This document shows, piece after piece, positions 19,117 to 28,638 of a stretch of DNA of 64,000 nt (the stretch's first letter is position 1; the number at the start of each line of letters is the position of its first letter). Source of the DNA: Escherichia coli. Lineage in GTDB: Bacteria; Pseudomonadota; Gammaproteobacteria; Enterobacterales; Enterobacteriaceae. Under the pieces are notes generated by a model. The model made no database searches and was not told the DNA's origin. It saw only the letters and a list, made by a program, of their open reading frames with translations. The stretch lies in the NCBI RefSeq assembly GCF_044324875.1, contig NZ_CP172185.1; one strand, written 5' to 3'. A program made the translations under genes and the position numbers.

Positions 19117-20652
19117 TCAGTGGTAGTAGCCCGGACCACGCAGGTTTTCATGCTCTGAAGCATATGCCGGATGTTGTTCGCCCTGGCGGGATAATGGAAG
19201 CTCCAGGTTCTCCCGATGGTGACGCAGCAGATTGTCGATAAAGCGTCTGTCAGGGGCGTTATAGTGCAGGGCAACGTAACAGGCCTTTTCCAGCCGTTCC
19301 GGGCCGTATTTTTTCTGAAGTGCCAGCAGCCCCAGAACTGCACGATAAGCCAGTTCCGGATGGGGTTTTGCCTTCAGCATGGATTCAACCACCCGGCCTG
19401 TGGACGGGCCCGTACGTTTTCCCTGCTCGATCAGGCGTTCCGGTGTCCATGTCCCGTGCTGCCGGTGGCGCTCTGGCATGTGAAGCGGATTGGTTGTGTG
19501 TTTATATTCATGTGTGCTGCGCGGATGTTGCGCCACACACTGCCCCTTGTGCCAGAGCTGTACCACCGACTGCCCCGCCTTCAGTGACAGACGCTGACCG
19601 ACCAGTTCGTGTGGAACGGAGTACCAGTGACGGGCATATTCAACGTGGTAGTCAGGGCCAACCTTCACAGCTTTGTATTCCGTGTATTCATAAGGTGCCA
19701 GAGGCAGCGGAGAGAGTGCTGGCGCATCCAGTATGCGGAAGCGTTCTGCACGGGTTTGATTGCCGTACCCCTTCATTGGCCGGTTATTCATGTCTGTCAG
19801 TAACTCCCTAAGGCGCGCATTCAGCGCCCTGAGCGTGTGGAAGGTTTCATTACGGATGCGGGCAAGAAGCCATCGTTCAACGATGAGGACGCCGTTTTCT
19901 GCTTTTGGTTTATCTTTAGGTTTGCGTGGTCGGGCCGGGATGATAACCGTGCCATAGTGCTCAGCCAGTGCCTGATAACTGTCGTTGATGACAGGCTCAT
20001 ATCGATCGGCCTTTTTCACTGCGCTTCTGAGGTTATCGGGGATGAGCAGCTTCGGTACGCCGCCCAGGAAGGTCAGGCAACGGCTGTGGGCATTTAACCA
20101 TGACATCATGTCCTGACCTTCGCACGCTTCAACGTAGGTATAGTTGGACGCCCCCATTACGGCCACGAAGATTGCCACGCGGCGTATCTCACCGGTGTCC
20201 GGATTAATAACAGGAACCGTAGGACCACAGAAGTCGATAAAAAGCTTTTCGCCGGCACGATGCTCCTGGCGCATGGAGAGACGTCGCGTTTTTTTCCACT
20301 CCCGGTAGCAACGGCAGAAGTGCGAGTATCCCATCGCTTTGTTACCCGCCTGTGCCTTGTATTCCATCCACAACAGTTGCCGCGTCACACCTGGTTTTCT
20401 CATTTCCGTATCGAAGTACAACATGTCAGGCATTACAAGCTCTGATGCAAAGGTGTCTTTGGGCGGAAAAATGAGTTTCTCCAGCGTGTCATGGGATATA
20501 TCAGCAGGTAATGGCCATGACAGAGAAGAGGCTTTGAAGCGGGCAAGAACCTCAAAAACGGTTGAGGCGCTGATGTGTAACGTCAGTCCGATACAACGGT
20601 TAGTCAGCTTCTTGTCGAACTTGAGCTGAAGGATCTTAAAACAGGTTTCCAT
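19117..20652 (-). CDS. istA: IS21-family transposase IstA
   Basis: 511 aa from METCFKILQLKFDKK...; N-terminal HTH and DDE-type core, located immediately upstream of istB. Confidence 0.8.
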   Translation of the reverse strand: METCFKILQLKFDKKLTNRCIGLTLHISASTVFEVLARFKASSLSWPLPADISHDTLEKLIFPPKDTFASELVMPDMLYFDTEMRKPGVTRQLLWMEYKAQAGNKAMGYSHFCRCYREWKKTRRLSMRQEHRAGEKLFIDFCGPTVPVINPDTGEIRRVAIFVAVMGASNYTYVEACEGQDMMSWLNAHSRCLTFLGGVPKLLIPDNLRSAVKKADRYEPVINDSYQALAEHYGTVIIPARPRKPKDKPKAENGVLIVERWLLARIRNETFHTLRALNARLRELLTDMNNRPMKGYGNQTRAERFRILDAPALSPLPLAPYEYTEYKAVKVGPDYHVEYARHWYSVPHELVGQRLSLKAGQSVVQLWHKGQCVAQHPRSTHEYKHTTNPLHMPERHRQHGTWTPERLIEQGKRTGPSTGRVVESMLKAKPHPELAYRAVLGLLALQKKYGPERLEKACYVALHYNAPDRRFIDNLLRHHRENLELPLSRQGEQHPAYASEHENLRGPGYYH

Positions 20653-21484
20653 AGTGCTCCTGGATTTTCTCTTTCTGGACATTGACGTCTCCACTGGTTT
20701 AAACACGGCAATGGAGACTGTGGTGAAAAGAGTTAATTCCCGGAGTGACTGGCAGGATGCCAATCAATGATCGGAAGCATGCCAAATCGTGATCGATTGT
20801 GATGCCAAACTGTGATCGGAGATGGATGCCAAATCATGATCGATTCGAATGCCAAACTGCGATCGATTCAGATGCCATTTTGCATCTTACTGGTGTGAAA
20901 TTTGACCTATTATATCTTCTGCCGCCCCCTCTGGCTGTATCAAATAAACCCGCAGCAGTCGCCGCGTATTACGGACGGACGCACCGTTCCCATGCTCACT
21001 CGTCACATTCCCCGTATCAGTTTCTCTTACCGTAAGAACGGCTCTGGCTGGCGATAAAACTAACCCGGTCGGGCATTCCCACAGTCTTTAGAGAAAATGT
21101 AATTTACCCCCTGAAACGCGGGCTGTTCCCCCGTCACCTGCGCGCGAAAAACTCACCGTTTTTTGTGCACGCACGAAATCGCCCTCCGGGCGCGCCAGTA
21201 CTGGGCCGGATGGGCAAAAAGTTACTCTAAAAAATTGTGCAAATTTGTGCACTTTTGTGCAGATGGACAATAGCGTCAAAAAGAGTGCTTTTGAGAGATT
21301 TTTTATGGCAACTGCGCCGCGTGTATTACGTTTTTTACCATCCCCGCCGCGCATGTACATACTTCATTTTTCTGCCAGACAACAGGGCAACTCCCCGTGA
21401 CTGACAGCCCCAAAAAATCAATGATTGATGTTGCATTTTTGTTAAAGGTTAGACCAGTTGTTTTGGGGCTCTGCCTCATAATCC

Positions 21485-21805
21485 GGTGGGGGGTGCGCAA
21501 ACCGGTTACAACGGTTACAACACTCAAAAACACCACTTAACAGCATGATTTTAATGGATATTGTTTGTAACCGCTTTGCGGTTACACTGCGGTTACAACG
21601 GTTACAGGTTTCAAAAAGTACTTTATTATCAATCAATTAAAAACTTAACCTGTAACCGCCTGTAACCTAACAAAACGGTTACATGTAACCGCGTTGTAAC
21701 CGCTTTTGTAACTCATCGGACCAGTTATAATATATTGATATATAATACAAAAATAAGTAATTTTAAATTTGTAACCGTTGTAACCGCTTTGCGCACCCCC
21801 CCCCA
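21485..21805. repeat. structured non-coding region: ~34-bp near-perfect inverted repeats flanking ~250 bp rich in GGTTACA/TGTAACC motifs
   Basis: Left arm GGGGGGTGCGCAAACCGGTTACAACGGTTACAAC (21488-21521); right arm TGTAACCGTTGTAACCGCTTTGCGCACCCCCCCCC (21770-21804), reverse complement differs by one base and in G-run length (6 vs 9); interior holds more direct and inverted GGTTACA copies. Confidence 0.7.
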
Positions 21806-22052
21806 AACTTTAGCGCGACCCTTTAAAATGTTAATTAAACTCACTTACTCTGTATCTCTCTAGTTAACTCTCTGTTATTGAAATGTATCTCTCCACTGTT
21901 TCACTCTTTCTGATAATCAGGGGAAGCAAAAAATTGATGGCGGCACTACTGCAATATGGCCACCATTGCATTGCTGTTACCGTTGGTTCTGGCCAACAAA
22001 AAAGGTCAGCGGGAAACTGACCTCTTTTGCTGTGAATGCGGCGTTCTGCGGG

Positions 22053-23057
22053 TTACTCTGCTGGCTCTTTTTCTTCGGTGATCACTATGTTGGCTACCGG
22101 GTTAAATCTCATGGCATCTGCCAGATAATCCGGTGCAAAATGTGCGTATGCCATAGTCTGCTGAATTGTCGCATGCCCAAGGATTTTTTGTAGCGCAAGA
22201 ATGTTGCCACCGTTCATCACAAAGTGACTGGCGAATGTATGCCGCAATACATGCGCAGCCTGCCCCCTCGGTAAATCGGGTTTTATTTTTTTTAATGCCC
22301 GGCAAAACTCTCTGTACTTCACATCAAACAGTCGCCCGGTTTCTTTTGTTTTTACGGCATCGCATATTTCCTGCGACACAGGCACCGTTCTTTTTCTACC
22401 GTTTTTGGTTTCCAGAAACGTTATTCTGTTATGAACTATTTGCTCTCCATGCAATCTGCTGGCCTCACTCCAGCGGGCTCCGGTACAAAGACACAAGAGC
22501 GCAACCCTTCGTTGATCTCCATTCAGCCCGTCAAGCAACAATGTGACCTCGTTTTTTGATAAAAAGGCCATTTCCCGCTGCTTTACATAAAGAACAGGAA
22601 TACCACGAACCGGATGCTCTGCATCCCACAAACCGATCTTTTTCAGGGCTGTAAACATCCCCGATAATCTGTTCATGTATCTGTTTGCTGAGGACGGCTT
22701 TAATCCTTCCGCAATTTTCTGCGATCGCCATGCAATGATTTTTAATTTGTTGAGTTCTGCCGCAAACATGTCAGCTCCAAGCTCATTAATAATTTTGCCA
22801 AGTTGCTGTTTATCCGTGTTTGCCTTTCGCCTGTGCTGACCGTGATAGACCCACCACAATTCCAGTAAATCGCTAAGCGTTCTCCGGTCGCGATAGCCCT
22901 GTATAAACTCGCGCTTTTCGGCGTTCGCTATGATGTACCGTTCAGTTGCTGTAGCTATCGATTTTTTGTCAAATATTCTTCTGATGCGCTTCCCTTTACG
23001 TCCGCATGGCCTGATATCGAGCAGCCACCGCCCATCATGCATCTTTCTGATCGGCAT
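22053..23057 (-). CDS. tyrosine recombinase, P2-Int-like (second integrase in the island)
   Basis: Catalytic-region motifs ARWSEASRL and HVLRHTFASHF...ILGHATIQQTMAYAHF; N-terminal MPIRKMHDGRWLLDIRPCGRKGKRIRRIF arm-binding-like segment. Start could also be the upstream Met at 23093. Confidence 0.75.
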   Translation of the reverse strand: MPIRKMHDGRWLLDIRPCGRKGKRIRRIFDKKSIATATERYIIANAEKREFIQGYRDRRTLSDLLELWWVYHGQHRRKANTDKQQLGKIINELGADMFAAELNKLKIIAWRSQKIAEGLKPSSANRYMNRLSGMFTALKKIGLWDAEHPVRGIPVLYVKQREMAFLSKNEVTLLLDGLNGDQRRVALLCLCTGARWSEASRLHGEQIVHNRITFLETKNGRKRTVPVSQEICDAVKTKETGRLFDVKYREFCRALKKIKPDLPRGQAAHVLRHTFASHFVMNGGNILALQKILGHATIQQTMAYAHFAPDYLADAMRFNPVANIVITEEKEPAE

Positions 23058-23059
23058 GT

Positions 23060-25753
23060 TTAACTCCCCTCCTTGTAACTGAATATCCGGCATTTCAGTA
23101 CTTCCGGCTCTCTGGCCTCGGCGACCCCTCTTCCGGCGTTTGCCTGTCTGGAGACCTCACTACGAATGGTTTTGCGGCCTGTCAAAGGTCGGGAACGTCC
23201 GGCTGCGAGCAACTCAATCATTTCGCGGTCAGTTCGGATCTCCACGCGGTGAATAGCGGCAGCCTGTGCCAGTTGCGGAATACTGATAGCAATCCCCTCG
23301 CGGCATCCCTTGCCGTAGTGGTTTACACCGTATTTTGTTATGCCGTCCAGATAGTCGAACGCCTCCCAGAACGCTATTACTTCCGGCAAGTCATCCGTTA
23401 CCGCTTTAACTTGTTCCGCTGCCATTCGTTCCAGTTCCTGGCATGTGGCATTAAGCCATTCATCCGGGATATCAATAACGCATTTCAGCGCCCTGACCAG
23501 CGCAATAAGTTGCGCGTGATTTTTGGCAATACGGGGATGGAGAATATTTTCGCAACCGCAAAGGCGGGTCGTTTCAGGCTCTGAGAGCGCCAGAAACATT
23601 TCCATAATTGCCCGTTCACGGCTGACTGCCCGATGAATAAACCCTGACACCTTCTCAACGGGGTAGAGTTCCAGTCGTCTCGCCGCCAGGCGGGTATCAG
23701 GTGAATGGCGTTTTTTATCGGTGTATATGCGTATCAGGCGCTCAATAATTGCAAGTGAGGCGTTTACCCTCGCATTCTGTGCAATCACGATAGCGCCCTT
23801 AAAATCCGGGTCATAGGTGTTGTTATTGTTGGTCTTAACGCCACGAACGCCGATACCGCCGCCGTTATAGAGGCTTTTCAGGTTATCGAAGTCAAACGCA
23901 CCTCTTTTTTGCGCATTGCCTCCCCGGTCTGCTTCAATCAGAACAACAGGTAATCCGGCGACCTGTCCAAAGGTGCGCTTCCAGCCCGCCTCTGATCCTT
24001 TGGTTGGATCAACGCCTTCATAGTTGTCACGACCGCACAACCGCCAGCAAAAATCAATCAATGTTGATTTACCCGTTCCGGGCTCCCCGGTGACTTCAAG
24101 GAAGGGGAAGGATTCTTCTTTATCCCGGATTTGTTCGCTGAACAGGGAGCCCAACCAGAAAGCCAGGGTAATAATTCCTTTTTCACCAAAAGCCAGCCAG
24201 AGATCTTCCACCCAGGACTCTGTAAACTCATCCGGTTTTTTGTAGTTAATCTGTAATGTGGGTTTTTCGCTTAATGGTTTTGCGTTTATGCCATCAATTT
24301 CAAAATAATCTTCGTCATTGATTTCATAAGTTTTTCCCTTGTAAACAGCAATATCATTAAACAGCCATGCCCCAATCGCCTTGTTGTATCCGATAAAATC
24401 CTGACCAATAACCTCTTTTATTGCGGGAAGGTCATTTTTTATTAATGCGTCAAGCTGCGTAGTCGTTCCGGTATAAATACCGCCTTTTGCCACATGCAAC
24501 AGGCGTTTTTTAAATTCAGATGCGGATGTCAATTGTCCTGATGTAAAGGTGTTTTTCACCGTAGCACCATCCGGGAACGTAACACGGAAGTAATACCATG
24601 CTTCATCCGTGTCATTATTTCGAATGTAATAAAGCGACGCTGGGTTACAGTTTGCGATTTCTTTTACTGCGCCAGATTCCTTAAGTGCAATTTTGCGCGC
24701 TTCATCCTCATCAACACTTCTCTCATTCTTGGCACGCTCTACAGCTTTCATATAGCGCTCAATGTCCAGTTTGAACCAGAAAACACGGTTATCAAAAGTA
24801 AAATGAAATTCCTTCCGCTCACGAAAGGAAAATATTATTAGCGCCTTATCTCTCGGAGATTTCGCCAGCAATAAATCACCGTAATGACGGTATCTTTTCA
24901 CATCATGGCCACGCAGCTTTCCGGCGATGTGTAAATCATTCCAGTCGCGTTTATTGTTGTTTTTACCTGGCAACGCCGCTGCCGTTCTCCAGCCGTCTTC
25001 GGCGCTGCGTTCTGCATGTTTTTTCGCGTAACGCTCACCCGCACGCCCGTTATCCAGCGCCCACACAATAACCGGACGGGGATTATCCCCGCACAGCTTC
25101 GCCAGCTCTTCCAGCGCCTTATCAGGGTAGTTCACGGCAGACATGACAGAAACGGCCGCAATGCCATTCTGGTTAAGGCTGATGGCATCAAAGATGCCCT
25201 CACAAATCCAGATTTCTTTGGCCTTGCTTAAATCTGCTCCCGGATAAGCCCACCACAACCCCTTGTAGCTGCCGGAAAAATTCGCCTTGCGCGCGAAGCG
25301 TCCCGGTCGGTCTATGATGCGCTCCCACCACACGCCGTCAGCCAGCGTAAAACGCACAGTAGCGGCCTGTTCGCCGTTTTCCTTGTCCTGGTATCGCTCC
25401 TGAGTAAATGCGCCCTTCAGTGGCCCCACAGCAATATTGCGCGCCTCCTGAAGATAAGCTGCCACCGCTGCATATGGCTCGTCTTTCGTGCTGATATAAC
25501 GATCTGACCATGATGAAAACACATCCGGGTAAAGTTCTTTGGTCAGCAGGTCTGTACCGCATTTATTTTCGCGCCCACAGTGTACGATGTACGGCCTTTC
25601 AAGGCTGGTAAACAACTCTTTCTTTCCACATTGCGGACAAACACCATACCGGAGGTAGTTATTTTCTTCTTTGAAGTTGTAATCACGGATAAGACGGTTA
25701 ATAATCTCTTTTCTGATGTCAGATTTCATATATAAAACTCCACCCCACTGCAC
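23060..25753 (-). CDS. P4-alpha-like DNA primase/helicase
   Basis: 897 aa; N-terminal zinc-finger (GVCPQCGKK...HCGRENKCG), central primase region, C-terminal Walker A (VTGEPGTGKSTLIDF). Confidence 0.8.
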   Translation of the reverse strand: MQWGGVLYMKSDIRKEIINRLIRDYNFKEENNYLRYGVCPQCGKKELFTSLERPYIVHCGRENKCGTDLLTKELYPDVFSSWSDRYISTKDEPYAAVAAYLQEARNIAVGPLKGAFTQERYQDKENGEQAATVRFTLADGVWWERIIDRPGRFARKANFSGSYKGLWWAYPGADLSKAKEIWICEGIFDAISLNQNGIAAVSVMSAVNYPDKALEELAKLCGDNPRPVIVWALDNGRAGERYAKKHAERSAEDGWRTAAALPGKNNNKRDWNDLHIAGKLRGHDVKRYRHYGDLLLAKSPRDKALIIFSFRERKEFHFTFDNRVFWFKLDIERYMKAVERAKNERSVDEDEARKIALKESGAVKEIANCNPASLYYIRNNDTDEAWYYFRVTFPDGATVKNTFTSGQLTSASEFKKRLLHVAKGGIYTGTTTQLDALIKNDLPAIKEVIGQDFIGYNKAIGAWLFNDIAVYKGKTYEINDEDYFEIDGINAKPLSEKPTLQINYKKPDEFTESWVEDLWLAFGEKGIITLAFWLGSLFSEQIRDKEESFPFLEVTGEPGTGKSTLIDFCWRLCGRDNYEGVDPTKGSEAGWKRTFGQVAGLPVVLIEADRGGNAQKRGAFDFDNLKSLYNGGGIGVRGVKTNNNNTYDPDFKGAIVIAQNARVNASLAIIERLIRIYTDKKRHSPDTRLAARRLELYPVEKVSGFIHRAVSRERAIMEMFLALSEPETTRLCGCENILHPRIAKNHAQLIALVRALKCVIDIPDEWLNATCQELERMAAEQVKAVTDDLPEVIAFWEAFDYLDGITKYGVNHYGKGCREGIAISIPQLAQAAAIHRVEIRTDREMIELLAAGRSRPLTGRKTIRSEVSRQANAGRGVAEAREPEVLKCRIFSYKEGS

Positions 25754-25777
25754 CTTTTGCCGTGGGGTTTTTATTAA

Positions 25778-26077
25778 TTACTCGTTACTTATTGCTTTGG
25801 CAATCCCGGCGGTTTCAGCACTATGCCATGAAAAAATTCCGCCAGAAGTATGCATTCCTGACTTAATCACTCGTAATTCCCGATAAAGAATGTTAGTTAA
25901 TGATTCCATTTCATTAATTTGCACTGGCATTCTCTCACTGGTATTAATTTCACCTGTCAATGCTGAAAGGAGCGCAATAACATTTATTACATCTTCAAGA
26001 TTCTGAATGGAATCTTCCGTGAAAAAACCAGCGTATTCTTTTTTGTATATATTGCGGATATTCTGATTTTCAGACAT
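25778..26077 (-). CDS. hypothetical protein (satellite island)
   Basis: 99-aa ORF co-oriented with the primase cluster; no recognisable motif. Confidence 0.4.
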   Translation of the reverse strand: MSENQNIRNIYKKEYAGFFTEDSIQNLEDVINVIALLSALTGEINTSERMPVQINEMESLTNILYRELRVIKSGMHTSGGIFSWHSAETAGIAKAISNE

Positions 26078-26144
26078 AAAAACTCCCCGACCCGTTAAGA
26101 TCGAAATATAAATTTAATTCAGTTATCAGTTGGTAATTCGGTAA

Positions 26145-26363
26145 TCAGTCGGAAAGCTGCGTCACCTTCAACGCTTTGAAATGTGTCATTCCCAGCTCTT
26201 CCAGCCCTTCGGCTGCGCGGCGTATGGCTTCGCCCGGTCCCGTTCCGTATACCGTTGCATGTGCATGTTTGGTTAACCCACGTTTATTAACGGCATAACC
26301 CAACACAAAGAAACGTTTTTCACCACTGCCATTATTTTTACGGGATATTGAACGGCTTTTCAT
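26145..26363 (-). CDS. hypothetical small protein (satellite island)
   Basis: 72-aa ORF, co-oriented, tightly packed with neighbours. Confidence 0.35.
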   Translation of the reverse strand: MKSRSISRKNNGSGEKRFFVLGYAVNKRGLTKHAHATVYGTGPGEAIRRAAEGLEELGMTHFKALKVTQLSD

Positions 26364-26578
26364 TTCTTCACCTTTACCACTGATGCTGTGAGTTCTTCTT
26401 CTGGCAATTGATATTTCGGCGCAATTTCTTCCGTATACCTGATAGCGTCCCTTGCCGCTTTTCCTTTTGATTTATATTTACGTATCGTGTGGAAGTTTTC
26501 TTCCTCTCCTGTTACCACATTACGCAATTTAATATGAATCTCGTACATCGTTACCCCTCCATGATTTTTACTGCGCAT
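26360..26578 (-). CDS. hypothetical small protein (satellite island)
   Basis: 72-aa ORF overlapping its neighbour by 4 bp; internal start at MYEIHIKL is possible. Confidence 0.35.
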   Translation of the reverse strand: MRSKNHGGVTMYEIHIKLRNVVTGEEENFHTIRKYKSKGKAARDAIRYTEEIAPKYQLPEEELTASVVKVKK

Positions 26579-26733
26579 TTGTGGGTTAATCGCCCCTGTT
26601 TGTCATTGCGGGAATATGCCATACGACAGGCATCACGCCATACATCGTCATAAGTCGGATATTCCCGGGAATGAATCATCTGGCGAACGTCGCCGTTCTG
26701 GTAGTTAATCAGGGTGATAAGGAGCTTAAACAT
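26551..26733 (-). CDS. hypothetical small protein (satellite island)
   Basis: Start taken at MFKLLITLINYQNG, just downstream of the preceding gene's stop. Confidence 0.35.
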   Translation of the reverse strand: MFKLLITLINYQNGDVRQMIHSREYPTYDDVWRDACRMAYSRNDKQGRLTHKCAVKIMEG

Positions 26734-27253
26734 GGCACGCCTCCCGGACACGGATACGGGCAACAAAGACCAGACGAGATGCCGGAAGCAGGGCGCGCGC
26801 TTCGCGCTCACTGGCAGCGGTAACGGTATGAAGGCGGATATTTTTACCGTGGCACTGCATAAAGCGCCAGATAAAATCAGGGCGTGTTGATATAGCCATT
26901 TTGGCGGCTCCTTCTACTGATTTACGGAGTCTCGCCAGCACGCTGCTAAACATGGTGGCGGGACGTAACAGGGTTAGCAGACTGGCGTAGAAGAAACCAG
27001 CGAGCGCAAAGGCTCCCCCATTACGCCCCGCCATAATACGGGGTAGGGTGGAATTACGGGCACAAAAAAACCGCATTACGGAAATATAGCGGCTACCCGC
27101 TTCTACTATCAGGCTGCTAAACCCGGCACCCGCTTTATGAGGTGCGGGCAAACGATACGCCATGACAAAAAAGCGAGTCAAGCAATATTGCAAATTATTT
27201 TTGCGCGATTGCGCTGAGTGATTGATTTTTAAGAGTAAAAAAGTCATAATCAT
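26726..27253 (-). CDS. hypothetical protein (satellite island)
   Basis: 175-aa ORF; start uncertain; no recognisable motif. Confidence 0.35.
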   Translation of the reverse strand: MIMTFLLLKINHSAQSRKNNLQYCLTRFFVMAYRLPAPHKAGAGFSSLIVEAGSRYISVMRFFCARNSTLPRIMAGRNGGAFALAGFFYASLLTLLRPATMFSSVLARLRKSVEGAAKMAISTRPDFIWRFMQCHGKNIRLHTVTAASEREARALLPASRLVFVARIRVREACHV

Positions 27254-27806
27254 TTCTGGCTATTGTTTCTTATTGTTGGTTTCAGGTGCACTAAATGCAC
27301 ATCCTTGACTGGTTGGCTCGCTGGCTTTAGCGAGCTTCTTTTTTGCTCTGCTGTCAGTGATCGGCCTCCTTCCCTCACATGTAGTCATGTGCTCATTCCA
27401 GTCAGGTGGATAATGCTGTATTACCGGACATCCGGTTATGATGTTTAAAGCGTTTGTTTGTTTATGCCACGTGGAGAATATACCCCCACCGCCATTACTT
27501 GTATTTATCATAACAGTTCACCCAATTCGGTTAATGTAACCGGAATAACTCAATTTCATACACTGTAAATAAATGCTGATTTTAAACTTAGCTCCTTGGA
27601 ATATATTTCTTACGTGTGACGCACAGGTGAAAATATCCCTCTGATAGTCCATTTTCTTTTATTTTGTCACATCTGTTTACTCCGGTTCCCTTAACAAGGG
27701 TAGAGCATCTTTTAAACCATGAATGCATCTTCGGTTAAGTGATGTTTCTTATTGTATGAAATATTTAGGCGCATATCGCGCCATGCTGACTATAAAATGA
27801 AAATAA

Positions 27807-28028
27807 TTAAGCCTGAAAACGTTGTTGTTTTCTTTCTTCTATCCAGTCGATAATTTCCTCTTCAACCCATGCAACCGCACGAGGGCCTATTTTTATTGGT
27901 TTGGGGAATATATCAGATTTTATATCTTCGTAAATTCGAGCTCTTGATCTCCCTGTGATTTCAATGACTCTGGGGAGTCTTATTAATTTTTGAATCCGCC
28001 TTTCGCTGGTCTGTGAGTATGCTGACAT
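27807..28028 (-). CDS. alpA: AlpA-family prophage transcriptional regulator
   Basis: 73 aa; MSAYSQTSERRIQKLIRLPRVIEITGRSRARIYEDIKSDIFPKPIKIGPRAVAWVEEEIIDWI is a typical AlpA/Vis HTH; adjacent to the integrase as in P4-like islands. Confidence 0.8.
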   Translation of the reverse strand: MSAYSQTSERRIQKLIRLPRVIEITGRSRARIYEDIKSDIFPKPIKIGPRAVAWVEEEIIDWIEERKQQRFQA

Positions 28029-28638
28029 ATTGGCCTCCTGTATATGCTGACATTTTACGTTAGCTCACAGCGGGAGCATGTAAGATCTCGCGGTCGTCTG
28101 CGGGACGAGAAAAATCATAAACAACGAAAAGCGGATTTGTAAATCAGGTCGATTTTCAGGCGGGGTTGACATGGACAGTGAGATTTGTTCCATGTGTGCA
28201 ATATACATTTTAGGACCACTTTAAGCCACTTTAAACCGCCAGAAAGCGACAAAGAATAACAAGTTAGTGCCAGAAAGGTTTGCTGACTTACCCTTTTAGG
28301 TACCAGAAAAAGCCCTTTCAGGTCGGTGTAATGCTTGTGAACGCTGAAATAGTGGTTTCTGAAAACAAAAAAAGAATTGAAAATGTGATACATATCACAA
28401 AATAATATCGATAAAATAGTTTGATTTTTTTGTTTTTATTAAAAGCACTGGTTAATTGTAAAAAATTAATTATAAATCAAATGGATATATCTGTTTTTTT
28501 AGGGTAAAAATCACTAGGTGCTTTTAGCAGTATCTTATTCTATTGATTTTAAAAGATAAAAAAATCGGCGTGTCCACATATTGTCCACGCCTTGAGTTTA
28601 ATTCAGCCGCTTGGGATAGTTTAGTTTGTTGAGTTGAT

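Larger units (their letters stand above)
18246..20894 (-). mobile_element. IS21-family insertion sequence (istA-istB), 2649 bp, with 5-bp target site duplication TCTTA
   Basis: Termini TG...CA; TCTTA at 18241-18245 and 20895-20899; multiple imperfect ~22-bp terminal repeats (gatcg...atgccaaa) at both ends in inverted orientation; encodes IstA and IstB. Confidence 0.85.

Noticed and set aside
20763..20900. Five tandem ~22-bp repeats (gatcg...atgccaaa) that look like a short repeat array
   Set aside because: Not CRISPR: no spacer structure, and an inverted counterpart lies at 18246-18345; these are the multiple terminal repeats of the IS21-family element.
20799..21035. 78-aa plus-strand ORF
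   Set aside because: Spans the IS right end and target duplication; most likely spurious.
28115..28393. 92-aa minus-strand ORF between alpA and int
   Set aside because: Low-complexity, AT-rich translation with no RBS; more likely regulatory DNA (contains gtgata...tatcac and ccactttaa repeats).
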